Below are positions 36,099 through 38,018 of a stretch of DNA of 38,018 bases, in pieces; positions within the stretch are counted from its first letter, which is position 1; each line of letters starts with the position of its first letter. Origin of the DNA: a virus (Duplodnaviria; Caudoviricetes). Location: positions 1 to 38,018 of the IMG/VR virus record IMGVR_UViG_3300029318_000026; one strand, written 5' to 3'. The notes under the pieces were generated by a model, which saw only the letters and a program-made list of their open reading frames with translations, did no database searches and had not been told where the DNA came from. The translations under genes and the position numbers were made by a program.

Positions 36099-36419
36099 AT
36101 GAGCGAAGAGAAGGTTGTTAAGCGTACCCGTAAGCCCAAGCCCGTTGTCACTGACGAGGCAAAGACCATGCTCCGCGCAGCAGCCAAGGAGAAGACTCCT
36201 CGCAAGCCACGCACTGGCCCGAGCGCCATGGACGTCGTCGTTAAGATTCAGGCTAAGGACCTGGGCAAGGACACCCTTAAGTTCATTGAGAGCGTTTCTA
36301 AGTCTTCAGGCATGTCCATTAAGGACATCATCTGCTGCATGGTTCGCATGTCTAGAAATGCTGGCCGAGTCAATGGGCCGCGCTACTTTGCCCCTCAACT
36401 GAAGAGGTTCTCTAAATGA
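36099..36419 (+). CDS. Hypothetical basic protein, possible RHH DNA-binding domain
   Basis: LGKDTLKFIESVSKSSGMSIKDII pattern. Confidence 0.55.
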   Translation: MSEEKVVKRTRKPKPVVTDEAKTMLRAAAKEKTPRKPRTGPSAMDVVVKIQAKDLGKDTLKFIESVSKSSGMSIKDIICCMVRMSRNAGRVNGPRYFAPQLKRFSK

Positions 36420-36916
36420 GCGTCTTTGCGCCAGAGGGCGGCGACATTGGCAACGCCAAGGAAATCTCCTCTAAGGACGTTATCGTTTACAATCAGGACG
36501 CTCGCTCAGGCGGAATCGGCAAGGCGACCCTTGTGGAGGGTCTGATTGCCGAGTGTGTTGTGAGTTGTAAGCAGTCCCTAGATGTTGTCTATTACAACCA
36601 GACAGACATGAGCATCGAGGACGCGCTCATCTCGTCGTTCAAGCTTATCGGCATGGAGTTGATGAATCTTGTCGCCATGCTGTCTGGATACCATGACGCA
36701 GCGCTCCGACCTAAGCACCGCGCTTGCCGCCAGATTGTGGTGAATATGCTTGAGCGTATGCAGTCCAACGACATCCAAGAGGATGCCGAGGCAGAAGACC
36801 TTGAGCTTTTTGCCAAGGATGCTGTTCGCTTTTTTGAGTGCATGCACGTGTGTATGCTTGAGGAGACAGATCGAAAGAAGCGACATCGCTGGAAAAAGAG
36901 GTTTTTAGATGGCTGA
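36416..36916 (+). CDS. Hypothetical protein
   Basis: 166 aa, coupled on both sides. Confidence 0.6.
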   Translation: MSVFAPEGGDIGNAKEISSKDVIVYNQDARSGGIGKATLVEGLIAECVVSCKQSLDVVYYNQTDMSIEDALISSFKLIGMELMNLVAMLSGYHDAALRPKHRACRQIVVNMLERMQSNDIQEDAEAEDLELFAKDAVRFFECMHVCMLEETDRKKRHRWKKRFLDG

Positions 36917-37463
36917 AGCGCCCGTGCATTACCCTGAACCTGAGGACATCATCCTCACCACCCAGGAGAGGGCGATGAAGAAGCGTATGCTTCGCGTCCT
37001 TGAGGCTCTTGAGGCTGGCCACAGCCGCCAATCGGCGGCATCCATGGCTAACGTGTCGCCTCACACGGTGAAGGTATGGGCTCGCAAGGGTCAGAAAAAC
37101 CTAACGCACTCTCTGTATCCATGGTTTTACCATGAAATCAGCCGTTCAGAGGGTGTTGGTGAGTCTCTCTTTGCAGACATTGTTATTCGAGAGGCCACCG
37201 AGAAACACAACTGGCGCGCTGCGATGTTCGTGTTGCAGAAGAGATACAAGTGGAACGATAGGCCAGAGATGGATGACGAGGTCCAGAGAGAGCAGCAGAA
37301 GGCTCAGCTTGCCAAGACTAAGGCTGATACGGTCTACGTTGAGGCCCGCACCACCAAGCTCAAGGAGGACAGCGAAGAGATTGTCCTCGACCGTCTGCGC
37401 GATATCTTGAATGAGGTCCGCGAAGAGGTGAAGCCGAGTGTCAAGGAAGAGCAAGTCAACTGA
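36909..37463 (+). CDS. terS: Terminase small subunit
   Basis: HTH (ALEAGHSRQSAASMANVSPHTVKVW), WRAAMFVLQKRY, directly upstream of terL. Confidence 0.72.
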   Translation: MAEAPVHYPEPEDIILTTQERAMKKRMLRVLEALEAGHSRQSAASMANVSPHTVKVWARKGQKNLTHSLYPWFYHEISRSEGVGESLFADIVIREATEKHNWRAAMFVLQKRYKWNDRPEMDDEVQREQQKAQLAKTKADTVYVEARTTKLKEDSEEIVLDRLRDILNEVREEVKPSVKEEQVN

Positions 37464-38018
37464 GGAAGAACTGCGGCGGTGTGCCGCTGACTTCCGTTAC
37501 TTCTGTCGGCACCTCAGGATTGTTGACAAGAAGGCGAAGCTCATTCCGTTCAAGCTGAACGCTGCCCAGGAGACGCTCGTTTCCTCCATCGAGGACAACC
37601 CATGGGTGTTTGACCTCAAGGCTCGTCAGATGGGTGGCACCACGGGTATCGCTGCGTATGCGTTCTGGCATGCCTACTTCAGGCCCAACTTCCGCGTTGG
37701 CGTCATGGCTCAGAGCCGGGAGTCTGCCGAGCAAATCTTCGAGATTTACAAGCGCTTTTACGACAACCTCCCACAGTGGCTTCAGTTTCCGACCGAGAAG
37801 TCCAATGTGCGGGAGATGGCCTTCTTTCATGGCGGCATGGTGCGCGTCTTTACCGCCAACACGCAGAGTGCTCGTGGTACTACCTATAACTTCCTTCATT
37901 GTTCTGAGTTCGCCTTCTATTCAGATGTTGAGAACACTGTACGCGCTGTCTTCCAGACAGCCACGCCAGACGCTATTGTTGTCATGGAGACCACAGCCAA
38001 CGGCTTGAACCATGCCCA
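37438..38018 (+). CDS. terL: Terminase large subunit, N-terminal ATPase part (not in ORF track; full gene 541 aa across the junction)
   Basis: GTG after GAGGTG; IPFKLNAAQ (Q motif), LKARQMGGTT (Walker A region), ARGTTYNFLHCSEFAF (Walker B region), ETTANG. Confidence 0.93.
   Translation, partial: MSRKSKSTEEELRRCAADFRYFCRHLRIVDKKAKLIPFKLNAAQETLVSSIEDNPWVFDLKARQMGGTTGIAAYAFWHAYFRPNFRVGVMAQSRESAEQIFEIYKRFYDNLPQWLQFPTEKSNVREMAFFHGGMVRVFTANTQSARGTTYNFLHCSEFAFYSDVENTVRAVFQTATPDAIVVMETTANGLNHA
37942..38018. repeat. Terminal overlap, right copy
   Basis: Identical to 1-77. Confidence 0.95.

Noticed and set aside
37615-37920. Inactive terminase because of Walker A GGTT and Walker B HCSE
   Set aside because: LKARQxGxTT with an upstream lysine and H-x-S-E variants are common in this terminase subgroup.
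37942-38018. 77 bp repeat as a biological direct terminal repeat
   Set aside because: Length equals a common assembler k-mer and it interrupts terL; it shows circularity only.
1-38018. Stop-codon reassignment, DGR, integrase, introns or inteins
   Set aside because: Genes tile densely in the standard code using all three stops; no reverse transcriptase, site-specific recombinase or insertions in terL, dnaB or MCP were seen.

Overview
The window is a complete, circularly assembled ~37.9 kb tailed dsDNA phage genome (bases 1-77 equal 37942-38018, an assembly overlap that splits terL), GC-rich by eye, with no integrase, DNA polymerase, primase or tape-measure gene recognised. It looks like a lytic podovirus-type phage of a diderm host. 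The + strand carries, from ~31.1 kb through the junction to ~22.2 kb: four consecutive proteins sharing a KAR[KQ][ED]AA peptide, a DnaB helicase, an XF1762/Mom-like protein, a RuvC-like resolvase, terS/terL, scaffold, major capsid, portal, tail and ejection proteins, a lysis cassette and an HTH-metallophosphoesterase. The - strand (22.3-30.2 kb) carries probable early genes: SSB, ERF recombinase, Gp157-like protein, a small C5-methyltransferase-like protein, a GP88-like protein and many small ORFs with repeated leaders. The most interesting signals are (1) a ~90 nt candidate trans-acting antisense sRNA at 33304-33393, with its own promoter and terminator-like hairpin, whose seed is complementary to a motif repeated in four - strand leaders; (2) a ~500 nt structured - strand RNA region ending in a tRNA-like domain with a large insertion; (3) the shared peptide motif, a candidate capsid-targeting signal. 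All calls come from reading motifs by eye; no searches were run.
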